Below are positions 1-12,900 of a stretch of 64,000 nucleotides of DNA, in pieces; the stretch's first letter is position 1, and each line of letters starts with the position of its first letter. The notes beneath the pieces are model-generated. The model searched no databases. It saw nothing but the letters and a program-made list of their open reading frames with translations, and was not told the DNA's origin. The position numbers and the translations under genes are program-made. This stretch comes from Macrostomum lignano (lineage: Eukaryota), in assembly GCA_002269645.1 (NCBI GenBank), contig NIVC01003832.1, forward strand, positions 10,590 through 74,589. The letters run 5' to 3'.

Positions 1-215
1 AGAGTGAGGTGGGGGTCTGAGGGTAGGAGACGATGAACGTTGGATTGGGTTGGCTGTGGGAGCAGAATAGAGTGAGGTGGTGGTCTGAGGGTAGGAGACG
101 ATGAACGTTGGATTAGGTTGGCTGTGGGAGTGTACACAGAATAGAGTGAGGTGGGGGTTGTGGGGTAAGAAGAGACGGCGAACCTTGGATTGGGTGGCTG
201 TGGGAGTGCACACAG
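1..215. repeat. Tandem repeat, unit about 68-74 nt, about 3 copies
   Basis: agagtgaggtgg..agacgatgaacgttggatt..ggctgtgggag recurs. Confidence 0.8.
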
Positions 216-711
216 GGATGGAGTGTGGTTGACTTTAACAAGTGGAAAGGAATTGCATAAAAGTGGAACAACTGAGTTTACAAAGTTTGACTTTTTTGGT
301 TGTTATTATTCCTATTTCAGAGATAAAATATACGTATAAGCGAGTGGCTCGCTTCCTTGTTCTTAAAAAAATTAACTTATTGACGACTCAGAGGTGGAGA
401 AGCTTAACGTTCGTAAGTTGCAATCGGCTTGCCGATCACCAGAATCGTGGATTCGGGTTCATTGGATCAGACAATTCATGATGAGAGCATCAGAATGGGG
501 GGGGGCAAGTAAGCATTTTGCTGTGAAGCGAAGGATGTACTTTTGATGAGGTGGCGAATTCAGTTCCGTCGCTATTTAACATGCATACATTTGGTGGCCC
601 CCCACGGTGCAAAACAGTTGTGAATTTACACGATTATTAAGGTTCATCTGCGTTCGTTTTTAACACAGCTCGCTCGTCAACTGCGCTGAGATTCGCCTTC
701 AGGCCCGGCCA

Positions 712-909
712 TCACAGAGGCGGCCTGTGCATGAAGTTGGACAGAATCTCCAGAGGCAGCGGGAATATGATGGTGGAATTCTTCTCGGCCGAGATCGTGT
801 TGAGCGTCTGCAGGTAGCGCAGCTGCAGCGCGAACGGCGACTCGTTGATGACGTCGGCGGCCTCCTTCAGGGCCCGGGAGGCCTTCTGCTCGCCCTCAGC
901 TGCGATCAC
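712..909 (-). CDS. STOM: Stomatin last coding exon ([18 protein letters not shown]...HRPPL*)
   Basis: cag acceptor at 912-910, phase 0, TGA at 714-712; 198 nt. Confidence 0.93.
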   Translation of the reverse strand: MIAAEGEQKASRALKEAADVINESPFALQLRYLQTLNTISAEKNSTIIFPLPLEILSNFMHRPPL

Positions 910-3900
910 CTGAATTGTCGGTTCGGCTCTCGCTTTGCTGACTTTGTTAATCAATCCAAGAGAATTGTTTCCCGATTAAGTTTTATAGCAGCTTCTGTAG
1001 TCTTTCTGGACCATTTCATTCTGATTATTGATTTTTTGATTACTGTTTCTGGGCTGCTTTGCCAGCTCATTTTTCCTCTCAACCGAGCCGTACACTTCAG
1101 CCCAGCCCCCTGTCCAGATCCAAACTCCCAGCCCCAGCCCCTGCCCCAGCCCTAGTCCCAGCCTCAGCCCCAGTCCCAGCCCCAGCCTCAGCCCCAGCCC
1201 CTGCCCCAGCCCCAGTCCCAGCCTCAGCCCCAGTCCCAGCCCCAGCCTCAGCCCCAGCCCCAGCCTCAGCCCCAGCCCCAGCCCCAGCCCCAGCCCCAGC
1301 CCCAGCCCCAGCCCCAGACCCAGCCCCAGCCCCAGCTCCAGACCCAGCCCCAGCTCTCACCTTGGCGCGAGCCTCTCTCGCAGCCCCAGCCTCAGCCCCA
1401 GCCTCAGCCTAGCCCCAGCCCAGCCCCAGCCCCAGCCCCAGCTCCAGCCCCAGCCTCAGCCCCAGCCCCAGCCCCAGACCCAGACCCAGCTCTCACCTTG
1501 GCGCGAGCCTCTCTCGCAGCCTCGGCCTCGGCAGCCATGGCCCGTTGCAGTTGCACTGGCAGTCGGACATCTTTGCTGGAATGCGGAGTGGCGGAGGCGG
1601 GGCGGTGCGGACAGACGGGCGAAGGCGAGCGGTCGGCTAGGATGGGAAAAAAAGATCGAGCGGGAAACCGGGCCGCCGGCTACTGCGGCTGGAAGGAGTT
1701 TGTCGCAGACGCCGGTGCAGCCTTGGCCTGCCACTCTCTACACTTTCCCCTCTCCCTCCTCTCCACTTATCCCTCCTCCTCTGGGCCCCGGGGAGGAAGC
1801 TGGGCGACTGACTGATGGAGACCGTGAGCTCTAGTAAATAGAGAAGCGAGAAAGGAAAGTGCAAAAAAAAACTGAGTGGATGACTGGATGGAGAAGCTTA
1901 AAAAATGTGTTTGATGAAAAGAATAGAAGCTTTGAATATAGGTGATCAGGATACAGATTCTCTGGCTCAATGCAGCAACAACAAACAGCTTGGTAAGAAA
2001 TAAAAAGCCAGCAATGGTGCTTCGGACTTCCTGGATAAGCAGCGTCAGTTACAGGCCGCCAGTCAGTCCTGTGGCATGCTGGGCGCAAGCATCAGCAATA
2101 GCAGCTACATACAGTTGGAGAGGAAGGTGTTTAAAATAGCACGAAACTGTCGATTGCTATGGGATATAAGAGCGCTAAATTTTCCGGATTTTTTGGTTCA
2201 ATTTGTTTTACTGAAACTGTATAAAATGTGCAATTTTTTAACTGATCAGTAACTAAATTGCTGCTTAATTTTGAAGCAAATTATAAAAACAAGAGGAAAG
2301 TTGCACACTAAATGAGGTTAATATCCGATGGGAAAGGGCTTACAATGAGTGCGATTTCTAAATTTGAAAATGAAATCGAATTTGCGGTAACGGCTATTGG
2401 ACTGATCAACTGTAGGTCACTCCGACACCAGCTATTAGTCATAGTGACATACTGATCAGCTCTATAGTTCACTCCGACACTAGCTATTAATCATAGTGAC
2501 ATACTGACCTATACTGATCAGCTCTAGTTCACTCTGGCACTAGATATTGGAGTGACCTATACTGATCAGCTCTAGTTCACTCTGACACTAGATATTAGAG
2601 TGACCTATACTGATCAGCTCTAGTTCACTCTGAAGGTATGAAGAATTTGAAACTAGGGCACAAATTCGCACATTTTCCAGCACTACATCAATAATCGAGT
2701 ATTCATAAACAGTAAACAGAGATTAACCAGACCGCGAACGCGCCGTGCCGCCACCAGTGAAGCACAGTGCAATGCCAGCCAGTGCAGTGCAGGAAAGCCG
2801 CCACTGACAAGCCGGGTGTCGCTAATATCATCCCCTCGCCCCGAATTTCCCCACAGAAGCGACAAAAATAGCAGCTCAGAATTTGCTTTCCCTACGCCTT
2901 CGAGGGTCAGCAGTCCAGATCGTTTTCACTTACACCTCGACCCTCTCCACCTTGACACCCCAGGGGTCTGTGGCGTCGTCGAGGGACTCCTGCGAGTTGC
3001 GTCAGCCGTCGGAAGGAAAAAATAGGAAAAGTGGGAGGGGCGGGAGGGGCGTCGAGTTAAAATTAATATAATCAAAGTGTCTGAGACTTACACCTCAACT
3101 CGCTCCACCTTGACACCCCAGGGGTCTGTGGCGTCATCCAGCATGGCCTAGAATTGCAAACAGATTCGGGCGATGGGGGTGGCCTCCATCGAGTTCGATG
3201 AAGACTTTTGTTGGCCAACTGGCCGCTACATGCTTGATCTTGTGTCCACAGAGTCGGGCCTAGTCAAGATGGCATTCGATGGTCAGGGAGGGTGAAGCCG
3301 ATCGAGGGAGAGTCAGGGAGGGTCAAGGCAATCGAGGGAGAGTCAGGGAGGGTCAAGGCAATCGAAAGAGTGTCAGAGAGGGTCAAGGCAATCGAGGGAG
3401 AGTCAGGGAGGGTCAAGGCAATCGAGGGAGAGTCAGGGAGGGTCGAGGCAATCGAGAGATGGTCAGAGAGGGTCAAGGCAATCGAAAGGGTGTCAGAGAG
3501 GGTCAAGGCAATCGAGAGATGGTCAGGGAGGGTCAAGGCAATCGAGAGATGGTCAGAGAGGGTCAAGGCAATCGAAAGGGTGTCAGAGAGGGTCAAGGCA
3601 ATCGAGAGATGGTCAGAGAGGGTCAAGGCAATCGAAAGGGTGTCAGAGAGGGTCAAGGCAATCGAGAGAGAGTCAGAAGGGTCAAGGCAATCGAGGGAGA
3701 GTCAGGGAAGGTCAAGGCAATCGAGAGATGGTCAGGGAGGGTCAAGGCAATCGAGAGATGGTCAGAGAGGGTCAAGGCAATCGAGGGAGAGTCAGGGAGG
3801 GTCAAGGCAATCGAAAGAGTGTCAGAGAGGGTCAAGGCAATCGAGGGAGAGTCAGGGAGGGTCAAGGCAATCGAGGGAGAGTTAGGGAGGGTCAAGGCAA

Positions 3901-6900
3901 TCTAAAGATGATCAGGGAGGGTCAGGGCAATCGAGAGATCATCAAGGAGGGTCATTGCAATCGAAAGATGATCAGGGAGGGTCAAGGGAATCGAGAGATG
4001 ATCAGGGAGGGTCAAGGCAATCGAGAGATGGTCCGGGAGGGTCAAGGCAATCGAAATAGCGTCAGAGAGGGTCAAGGCAATCTAAAGAGTGTCAGAGAGG
4101 GTCAAGGCAATCGAAAGAGGGTCAGGGAGGGTCATGGCAATCGAAAGAGGGTCAGGGAGGGTCATGGCAATCGAAAGAGGGTCAGGGAGGGTCATGGCTA
4201 TCAAGTGAGTCAGGAAGGGTCAAGGCTATCAAGTGAGTCAGGAAGGGTCAAGGCTATCAAGTGAGTCAGGAAGGGTCAAGGCTATCAAGTGAGTCAGGAA
4301 GGTCAAGGCTATCAAGTGAGTCAGGAAGGTCAAGGCTATCAAGTGAGTCAGGAAGGTCAAGGCTATCAAGTGAGTCAGGAAGGGTCAAGGCTATCAAGTG
4401 AGTCATGAAGGTCAAGGCTATCAGGTGAATCCCCTAGTTTACGAGCTAGTATCTAGATGAATATGGATGGAAAATATCACTTCGGACACAAATATGACAA
4501 ACAAAACATACTTTATTGCTTGCTTCCTTTCTAGATAATGCAGAAAAAATTCACTTAAGCGAGTGCTGCTACACTGAGCCTGTCTCAAAAGCATCAAGCA
4601 AGCAAGAAAATTGGCCTGTTGCGGTAAAATCAAGGCAAAGAATAAATTTTGGCCTCCCCAGCAAAGGCAGCAAAAAAGGCAGGACGTCTTTGATGGCAAA
4701 TTTCCTGGTTAACACCCACTTTCAGTCTGAAAACGGATGCTGGCGGCCCAGTTCAGGAAATTGAACACGGAGTGTGGCGCCTCCGGCTTTGAGCCGCATG
4801 CAACCAATTTGTTCTCAGACGCGATGGATTGGAGCTTTGACTGGGCTTTAAATTGGACTGGCTAGCTTGCGTGTGACTGACAAGCTGAAAAAGGAGATGG
4901 ACTGGACACTGAAACGCTGCAGCAGGACTACTGTTTGAGCACTGAGAAGTGAGGTGAAAAAAAATTAAATTACTCGGTCGGAGAGGCGGCGGACGGAAGG
5001 TCCGGGATAAACTTTCCCCCGACACTTTTTCATGATCAGAAAAGTTAGTGCTGATGGCTGGACGGCTGGCGGGTAGCGCAGTTTGACCGTCACTAAAAAG
5101 GCAATCTTCCATGCACCCTGCAGCTGCGGCTGAGGGTGGTGGCCAGCAGATGACCGGGGAGGGCAATGTTTGCTCAGCATCAGTCACGCAAAGCTGACAA
5201 GCCTTCCTAGCACCAGCTGACGCCGCGCGCCGCCACCTCTGCGCCGCCCTCCCAGCTGCCCTGCTCTTCCTCATCATCGCCGCTTCCTCGTTGCCTCTCA
5301 CCCTGCATGCCCTGCCCCCTTCTTTCCGCCTGTCTGCTTTTTGTGCATTTCGCTTTTAGTTTGTAGAGTTGCCAGGCGGATCCATGCATAGTAGCGATGC
5401 GGACTGAGGCACAGACAGGCACTTCGCGCCAAGAAAAATGCTACACACTACAGTAGTTCAGTGGGCGCTTTCTCAGCCTGAGGCAGGGATGCCGTGAGAG
5501 CTGAGTAGGAAGCATGAGAATGCGTGTAGATACAGTAGACTGCAATGCCTTCGCTGTTTCACTTTTTGCCTCGAGCAACAGACCGATTTGCTGCCAGACC
5601 CGACAGTTTTAGCGATGCAATGTAGCAAAAAACGCAAAAGCAACTCTTTGAGACTGAGAGCAGCACCTCTTTGAGCTCAATTCAACATGGCATTATTAGG
5701 CATGAGAAATGGCAAGCACAATTCCTGAGCACTCGCCTGCATCATGTTACTGATGCTCTCGCGTTCCGACAGAATCTCGGACAGGTTCTTCGTGCCCAGC
5801 ACGTTGCGCAGGGTGGTGGCGGCCAGCAGGCGGGTGGACCTGTCCGCGTCTTCAACATTAGTTACGGCGATCACTGGGTTGTAGATTCTGTAGTACACGA
5901 CCGCGTCAACGGCCACCGTGACAGAGTCCTTCGTGAGCACCTGCACCGGACAGACAAAGTCAAGGATTCTTAGAATATTGCAAGCATTTCCACTTGAATA
6001 GAAAGCATGCACTGAAAATCATCTTGCACTCATTGCGGTGAAAAAAATATGATAAATCATAAAGAGAATGCGTCACGGCAAAAATGAACACTCGGTGTGG
6101 TACAGCCCTGCCCGCCTCTCACCCAGCCCCTTAGATCCGTCCATCATCGCGACGCGCTGCACAAGACGACGGACGACGGGGCTGCATTCACGCACTCGTC
6201 GCTCACACTTGAGAGGCCCAGATTAACGCGGCAGACTGAGAGGTCCCGGGTCAAAGGAGGAAGGCCTGACCGGATTAATGGATCGGTGTTGCATGAAGGG
6301 ACGACAGGCGAGAAACAAGATAATTCCCATTTGGGATTTGGGAAGGTGAAGGGATGATGATTCTGGTCACAGGCGCGGGATGGCCTAGGTGGTAATTGAG
6401 ATGCGGAATAATGAGGAGATTTGACTCTGGGAGATGGGGGGGCATCCCAGCCAGTCAGCCCGAGATGGCCGCACTATAGAGCAGGATGAAGATGTGCGCA
6501 AACTGCAAAGCTCCATCATTACTGTGCTGACACCCCAGCATCTCTGAACGGACTCATCATCAGTCAGTGTGCGGCCTATGCAAGCAAACACAGCTACAGT
6601 GTGTCCGCAATGTGATTCTATCACTCCCGTCTCTGTTAGTTCGTCAGCCAACCAAAAAGCCTGCCTGATCGGCTTTGCTTTCTTTTTACCAAATTCGACG
6701 CTCCATACTTGTCTAACGCCTGAGGTGGAGACGTTTTTGCGCTGGCTTTTTAATGGATTTTTTCTGTAAATATTCAGGAGTAGTCAGACCCTAGACTCTG
6801 GAACAAATCCTACTCACCTGAAGCCTGAAGTGCTCTCTTCATTCTCTCTCCCTCTCCGCCCTCTTCCAGACTTCACTGGCGTACCTTCCTGCATCCTCCT

Positions 6901-9900
6901 TCCCAGCAACCCCCCCCCGCCTGGCCAGCCCCGGTCTGGCAGCGGCGGAATTGATTAGAAAAATAAGACAGAAATGCGGAGTCCCCGCCCTCCACGCACG
7001 CGACCGGCCGACTCGCTCCGACACTGAGGGCCGAAGCCCGGCGGCCCCTCCCTCATGAGGCGCTCGCCGCGAAACAATGAATAATAAGAAATCCAATTAC
7101 CCCAGCGCGGAGCGGCGCCCTTCGGGAAATTTATCCTCACTTTATAGAACTGAACTGCCTTGATTGGCTTTGCTATTTCAGAAAATAGCCACTCGCGCTG
7201 CTATTATTTTTGTGACCGCTAAAAACCCCAGAAGTTAGTCCAGTCAGCTATTTTTGTAACCTTGGCCAGATGCTCAATGCATCGATTGCGCCATAAGACC
7301 TGAGTTCGATCCCCGTTGTGGCATACCTTTAATAACACTTAATAATCATATTTCAGACAATTGACATAAAAACCATGGCCTGTCGTTTGCTACTGTTGTC
7401 CATGGTCTGGCGTCCTGTCAAATTTTAGTTGTCTTGGGGGTCCTAGCTTTCGCAATTAGCAACCAGTTGAAGCTTGCTCACCTCCTGCGGCGGCACATCG
7501 AAGGTCACTGTGCGCAGGTCCACCTTGCGAATGATGTCCATGCAGGGCACAATGAAGAACAGGCCGGGGCCTTTGGCGCCGCCTTCGAGTATTCGACCAA
7601 GGCGGAAGATCACGGCCCGCTCGTATTCGGCCACCACCTGGTCAGAGTGGGAAGGTTTGGGTTGGTAGCATCGATTTCCCTACTGGTAGCTCTGCACCTG
7701 CTGATGCGCGCTAAAACGGGGTTGCTTCAGTGTAGCGCATCTTTGGGTTGCCAGCTCCTCCCCCAGTCCATCTGTGGGTTGCTAACACCTCCCCCAGTCC
7801 ATCTGTGGGTTGCTAACACCTCCCCCAGTCCATCTGCGGGTTGCCAGCTCCTCCCCCAGTCCATCTGCGGGTTGCCAGCACCTTTTCCAATTCGTTTGTG
7901 GGTTGCCAGCACCTCCCCGGTCCATCTGCGGGTTGCCAGCTCCTCCTCCAGTCCATCTGCGGGTTGCCAGCTCCTCCCCCAGTCCATCTGCGGGTTGCCA
8001 GCTCCTCCCCCAGTCCATCTGTGGGCTGCCAGCACCTGCCCCAACCATAACAAGCTTTCAGTGCTATCCGCTGTTAGGAATCGTTTCGCTGATTATCTGA
8101 TATTGAAAATTTAATTGAAACCAAACCCAGACAGTTAATTTTCATATAGCCCACGAATTCCTTTAACACTCACTCAGTATCTCGGTTCAATAAAATCATA
8201 ATATGTTTCTAAGCTATTTATAGAGCTAAATTGGAAGTCTTATTAGTTTGTGCTTACCTTGATGCAGAGGCACAATGACAGCGGTAGAGTCACCACAATG
8301 AGTGCGTACGACAGGATGATGAGGACGCCACCGCAGAATCCCATGCCCTGGGAGTCCCGCTGCTGGCCTGCGGTGGGCAATGGAGAGATGGGGTATTATA
8401 GGCACTGTTCCCGTGTTAATAAGTCTCGGGAATTTTGTTCCGTTAGGATTGAACTATAAGCATTTGAAAGTAGTCGTATCTTCGTGCCGTCTTAGTCTGT
8501 CTGTCTGTCTGTCTGTCTGTCCCAGTATACTCGTATTTATATGTGTCCATCTAATCTTTTTCCAATCGTACCATTGTGAATAATTTTGTAGCTTTATTAA
8601 AGTGCTCTCTAGCTATTTTTAGCGCAGTGATATAATTTTAAATAATATTCGCAACGTCAAGATTTCATTAAGGCCAACCCCTAAAGGGGGGAGTGTGCTA
8701 GTCCACTATACTAAAAACGGTTTGTCTCTATCTACAGATTTTAACATGTAGTTATCTGGAGAAAATAGATAAAATACAAGTTAAATAGCACATAAAAGTG
8801 TGTCTATCTTCAGCTGTAATAAAGCTTCCCAAAGAGCTCACTGGGATCACTCAGAGGTCCTGTGGCTGGCGGTTTCTCTCTACTTCGCATGGCGGCGGCG
8901 TGCATTATTGTCTCGCAGCTTTATTTGTTCTATCGTTTAGTATTTGTCACTTTAGAAGGCTCGCTGTTCTAGAGAGCGGGCCTCACATATTTATACTAGC
9001 TTCTGCACTTCTCGCTCTGACTTTGGATTGAACTCTGGGCAAATCGATGAGGTTGCCATATGATTGGACAGCTGGTCTGGCCCTATCCCTTATCCAATTT
9101 CGCTTGCCCACGACTTGGGTCCAAGAAGCTAAGGCCAGTGCTAAGGCTAAGGCGATCTGGCAGATTGGCAGCCCAACACCTGCTGCGAGCGACAAGTGAA
9201 AACAGGTGTAGAAACTCCCATCTACATTCTATTTAATAAACTTCCCTGTAGAAACTCAATACAACTATAAATTATCAACTATAAATTCGCTCCCTATTAT
9301 TGATAACTAAGTAGTATGGAAGGGAGAAAAGGTGCAAGGAGGGTGGAAAGAGATGGAAGGAGGGGGCGGAAGAGACAAGAGAAGGGGCGGAAGAGATGAG
9401 GAAGGGCGGAAGAGACAGGAGATGGGGGGCGGAAGAGACGGGAGAAGGGATCGGAAGAGACGGGAGAAGAGGCGGAAGAGGCGGGAGGGGGCGGAAGAGA
9501 CGGAAGAAGGGCGGAGGAGACGGGAGAAGGGGCGGAAGAGACGGTAGAAGGGGGCGGAAGAGACGGAAGAAGGGGGCGGAGGAGACGGAAGAAGGGGCGG
9601 AAGAGACGGTAGAAGGGGGCGTAGGAGACGGAAGAAGGGGGCAGAGGAGACGAAAGAAGGGGGCGGAGGAGATGGAAGAAGGGGGCGGAGGAGACGGGAG
9701 AAGGGGTGGAAGAGACGTGGTAATAGAAAATAGAAATAGCAATAGGAAATCGAAAAACTAAGATTATATTGCACACGACACCGGCCAATGTGCCAGTCAT
9801 TTTGCCTCTTCAGCTGGATGGCACTTTGAAAAGCAGTTGTGCTAACAAAAGTAAGTGGCGCCAATCGTTGCAGAGTGCCTTGAACCGAGAGCCGGTGCTT

Positions 9901-12900
9901 GCACAGCCGAAATACGTGGCTGCCAATTAATTGCTGAGCAAATCGATAGTGGGAGAGCACGCTTCACTGTGCGATAAGTCTCTGGGGTGATTTTTGTTGT
10001 GACAATTGGTTGTCCTTTGCTTCATATTGATTCTAGGCTGAGCATAGGCTGATCCTAAACTGTTTATTGACTGATCATAAACTGTTTATTGAATGATCCT
10101 AAACTGTTTATTGACTGATCATAAACTGTTTATTGAATGATCCTAAACTGTTTATTGACTGATCATAAACTGGTTATTTATTAATCCGAAACTGTTTTTT
10201 GATTCATCATAAACTGTTTATTGATTTTTTGTAAACTGTTTAAAGATTTATCATAAACTGTTTATTAATTGATCATATACTGTTTATTGATTGATCATAT
10301 ACTGTTTATTGATTGATCATAAACTGTTTATTGACTGGTCATAAACTTTTTATATTTTTATCCTAAAATGTTTATTGATTGACTATAAACTGTTTACTGC
10401 TTGATCCTAAAATGTTTATTGATTGACCATAAACTGTTTACTGCTTAATCCTAAGATGTTTATTGATTGACCATAAACTGTTTACTGCTTGATCTTAAAC
10501 TGTTTATTGACTGATCATAAACTGTTTATTGATTGATTCTAAACTGTTTATTGATTGATTCTAAACTGTTTATCGATTGATTATAAACTGTTTATTGCTT
10601 GATCATAAAGTTTTAATTGGCTGATCATAGAACCTTATTAGCTGTTCCAACTGACTAATAGACTTAAATAGAGTCAGCTTCGATCTAAGCTACACCACTG
10701 AATTTATTCACTTCATCATCCTACTAAAAGCAGCAATCAAAGCAAATTTCAGCTAGAAGCCGAGTTTTGAACCTACTGGGAGAGATGCCCGCGTGCGCCA
10801 CTGATGAAAGCGTTGAAGATTCGGGAGTTGAATAAAATTTTGTTCCAACTTCAAACAGAATTTTGATGCAAAGAAAGTAAACAGGGAATAGCACGCCCCG
10901 GCCAAGCGGGAACCCTCCCTTGAGCACTGCTCAGCGTGGTCGAACAAAAATGAAGTTGTTGGTATTCCATTATAAAATGCGAGAGCGGTGACAGAGCGTG
11001 TTTTTGCGTCAAGGGGGCTTCGCACAGTTTGCAGCAACAGGGGGTCGGGCGAAGTCGGCGACTTCAGCGACACTTCCCGCTCTCTCCCCAAAGCCTTTTA
11101 TCTCGCCGCAACTGTAGCGGAGGCAGTCGCTGGGGGGGTCAAGAAAACCCATTGATTCGCGCGATATCCAGAAAAAGAGGGATAGAGTGAGAGAGAGAGA
11201 GAGAAAGAACTCCAATGGCCGATTAAATAATTCACGGCTCAATCAACGAAGAATCGGAGGGACCACTCTCTGTGAGTGTGAATTGAACTGCTGGCTGTTA
11301 CAATCTCGATAGCTAGATCTAGCAGTCAATGCTGAATTGTTTTGGCATCTTCCTGTCACAGACTGGTTTGAACTAACTATATTTCAGCAAACCTGACTCA
11401 GGGGAGAGAGCTGAAGTAGGGTCAGGCGTAGACAAGTGGCTAATAGCGATAGACACCTTGAGAAGACCCAAGAGGCTAATAGCGATAGACACCTTGAGGA
11501 GACAAATGACTAATAGCGATAGACACCTTGAGGAGACAAATGGCTAATAGCGATAGACACTTTGAGGAGACAAATGGCTAATAGCGATAGACACCTTGAG
11601 GAGACAAATGACTAATAGCGATAGACACCTTGAGGAGACAAATGGCTAATAGCGATAGACACCTGGAGTAGACAAATGGCTAATAGCGATAGACACCTGG
11701 AGTAGACAAATGACTAATAGCGATAGACACCTGGAGTAGACAAATGACTAATAGCGATAGACACCTGGAATAGACAAATGCTAATAGCGATAGACTCCTG
11801 GAGTAGACAAATGACTAATAGCGATAGACACCTGGAGTAGACAAATGACTAATAGCGAAAGACATCTGGAGTAGACAAATGACTAATAGCGATAGACACC
11901 TTGAGTAGACAAATGCTAATAGCGATAGACACCTGGAGTAGACAAATGCTAATAACGATAGACACCTTGAGTAGACAAATGCCTAGTAGCGATAGACACT
12001 TTGAGGAAATAAGTGGCTAATAGCGATAGACACCTGGAGTAGACAAATGACTAATAGCGATAGACACCTGGAATAGACAAATGCTAATCGCGATAGACTC
12101 CTGGAGTAGACAAATTACTAATAGCGATAGACATCTGGAGTAGACAAATGACTAATAGCGATAGACACCTTGAGTAGACAAATGCTAATAGCGATAGACA
12201 CCTGGAGTAGACAAATGCTAATAGCGATAGACACCTTGAGTAGACAAATGCTAATAGCGATAGACACTTTGAGGAAATAAGTGGCTAATAGCGATAGACA
12301 CCTTGAGAAGACAAATGACTAATAACGATAGACACCTGGAATAGACAAATGCTAATAGCGATAGACTCCTGGAGTAGACAAATGACTAATAGCGGTAGAC
12401 ACCTTGAGTAGACAAATGCTAATAGCGATAGACACCTGGAGTAGACAAATGCTAATAGCGATAGACACCTTGAGTAGACAAATGCCTAGTAGCGATAGAC
12501 ACTTTGAGGAAATAAGTGGCTAATAGCAATAGACACCTGGAGTAGACAAATGACTAATAGCGATAGACACCTGGAATAGACAAATGCTAATAGCGATAGA
12601 CACCTGGAGTAGACAAATGACTAATAGCGATAGACACCTGGAGTAGACAAATGCTAATAGCGATAGACACCTGGAGTAGACAAATGACTAATAGCGATAG
12701 ACACCTGGAGTAGACAAATGATTAATAGCGATAGACACTTTGAGGAAGTAAGTGGCTAATAGCGATAGACACCTGGAGTAGACAAATGCTAATAGCGATA
12801 GACACCTGGAGTAGACAAATGCTAATAGCGATAGACACCTGGAGTAGACAAATGCTAATAGCGATAGACACCTGGAGTAGACAAATGCTAATAGCGATAG

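Noticed and set aside
3264-4264. Long ORFs over repeats (also 1059-1412, 9275-9960, 17098-18213, 20714-21529, 37119-37770, 48242-48809, 49246-49698, 49728-51178)
   Set aside because: Periodic translations of minisatellites or low-complexity tracts inside introns, without splice or homology support.
6812-6900. Perfect CAG|GTGAGT donor at 6817 inside a stomatin intron
   Set aside because: No ATG or acceptor gives the phase 0 needed for exon 5940; no support beyond the motif.
7260-7325. tRNA gene (gagttcgatccc B-box)
   Set aside because: No cloverleaf or clear A-box; at most a decayed SINE head. The tRNA-like heads at 47905 and 58830 were likewise not called tRNA genes.
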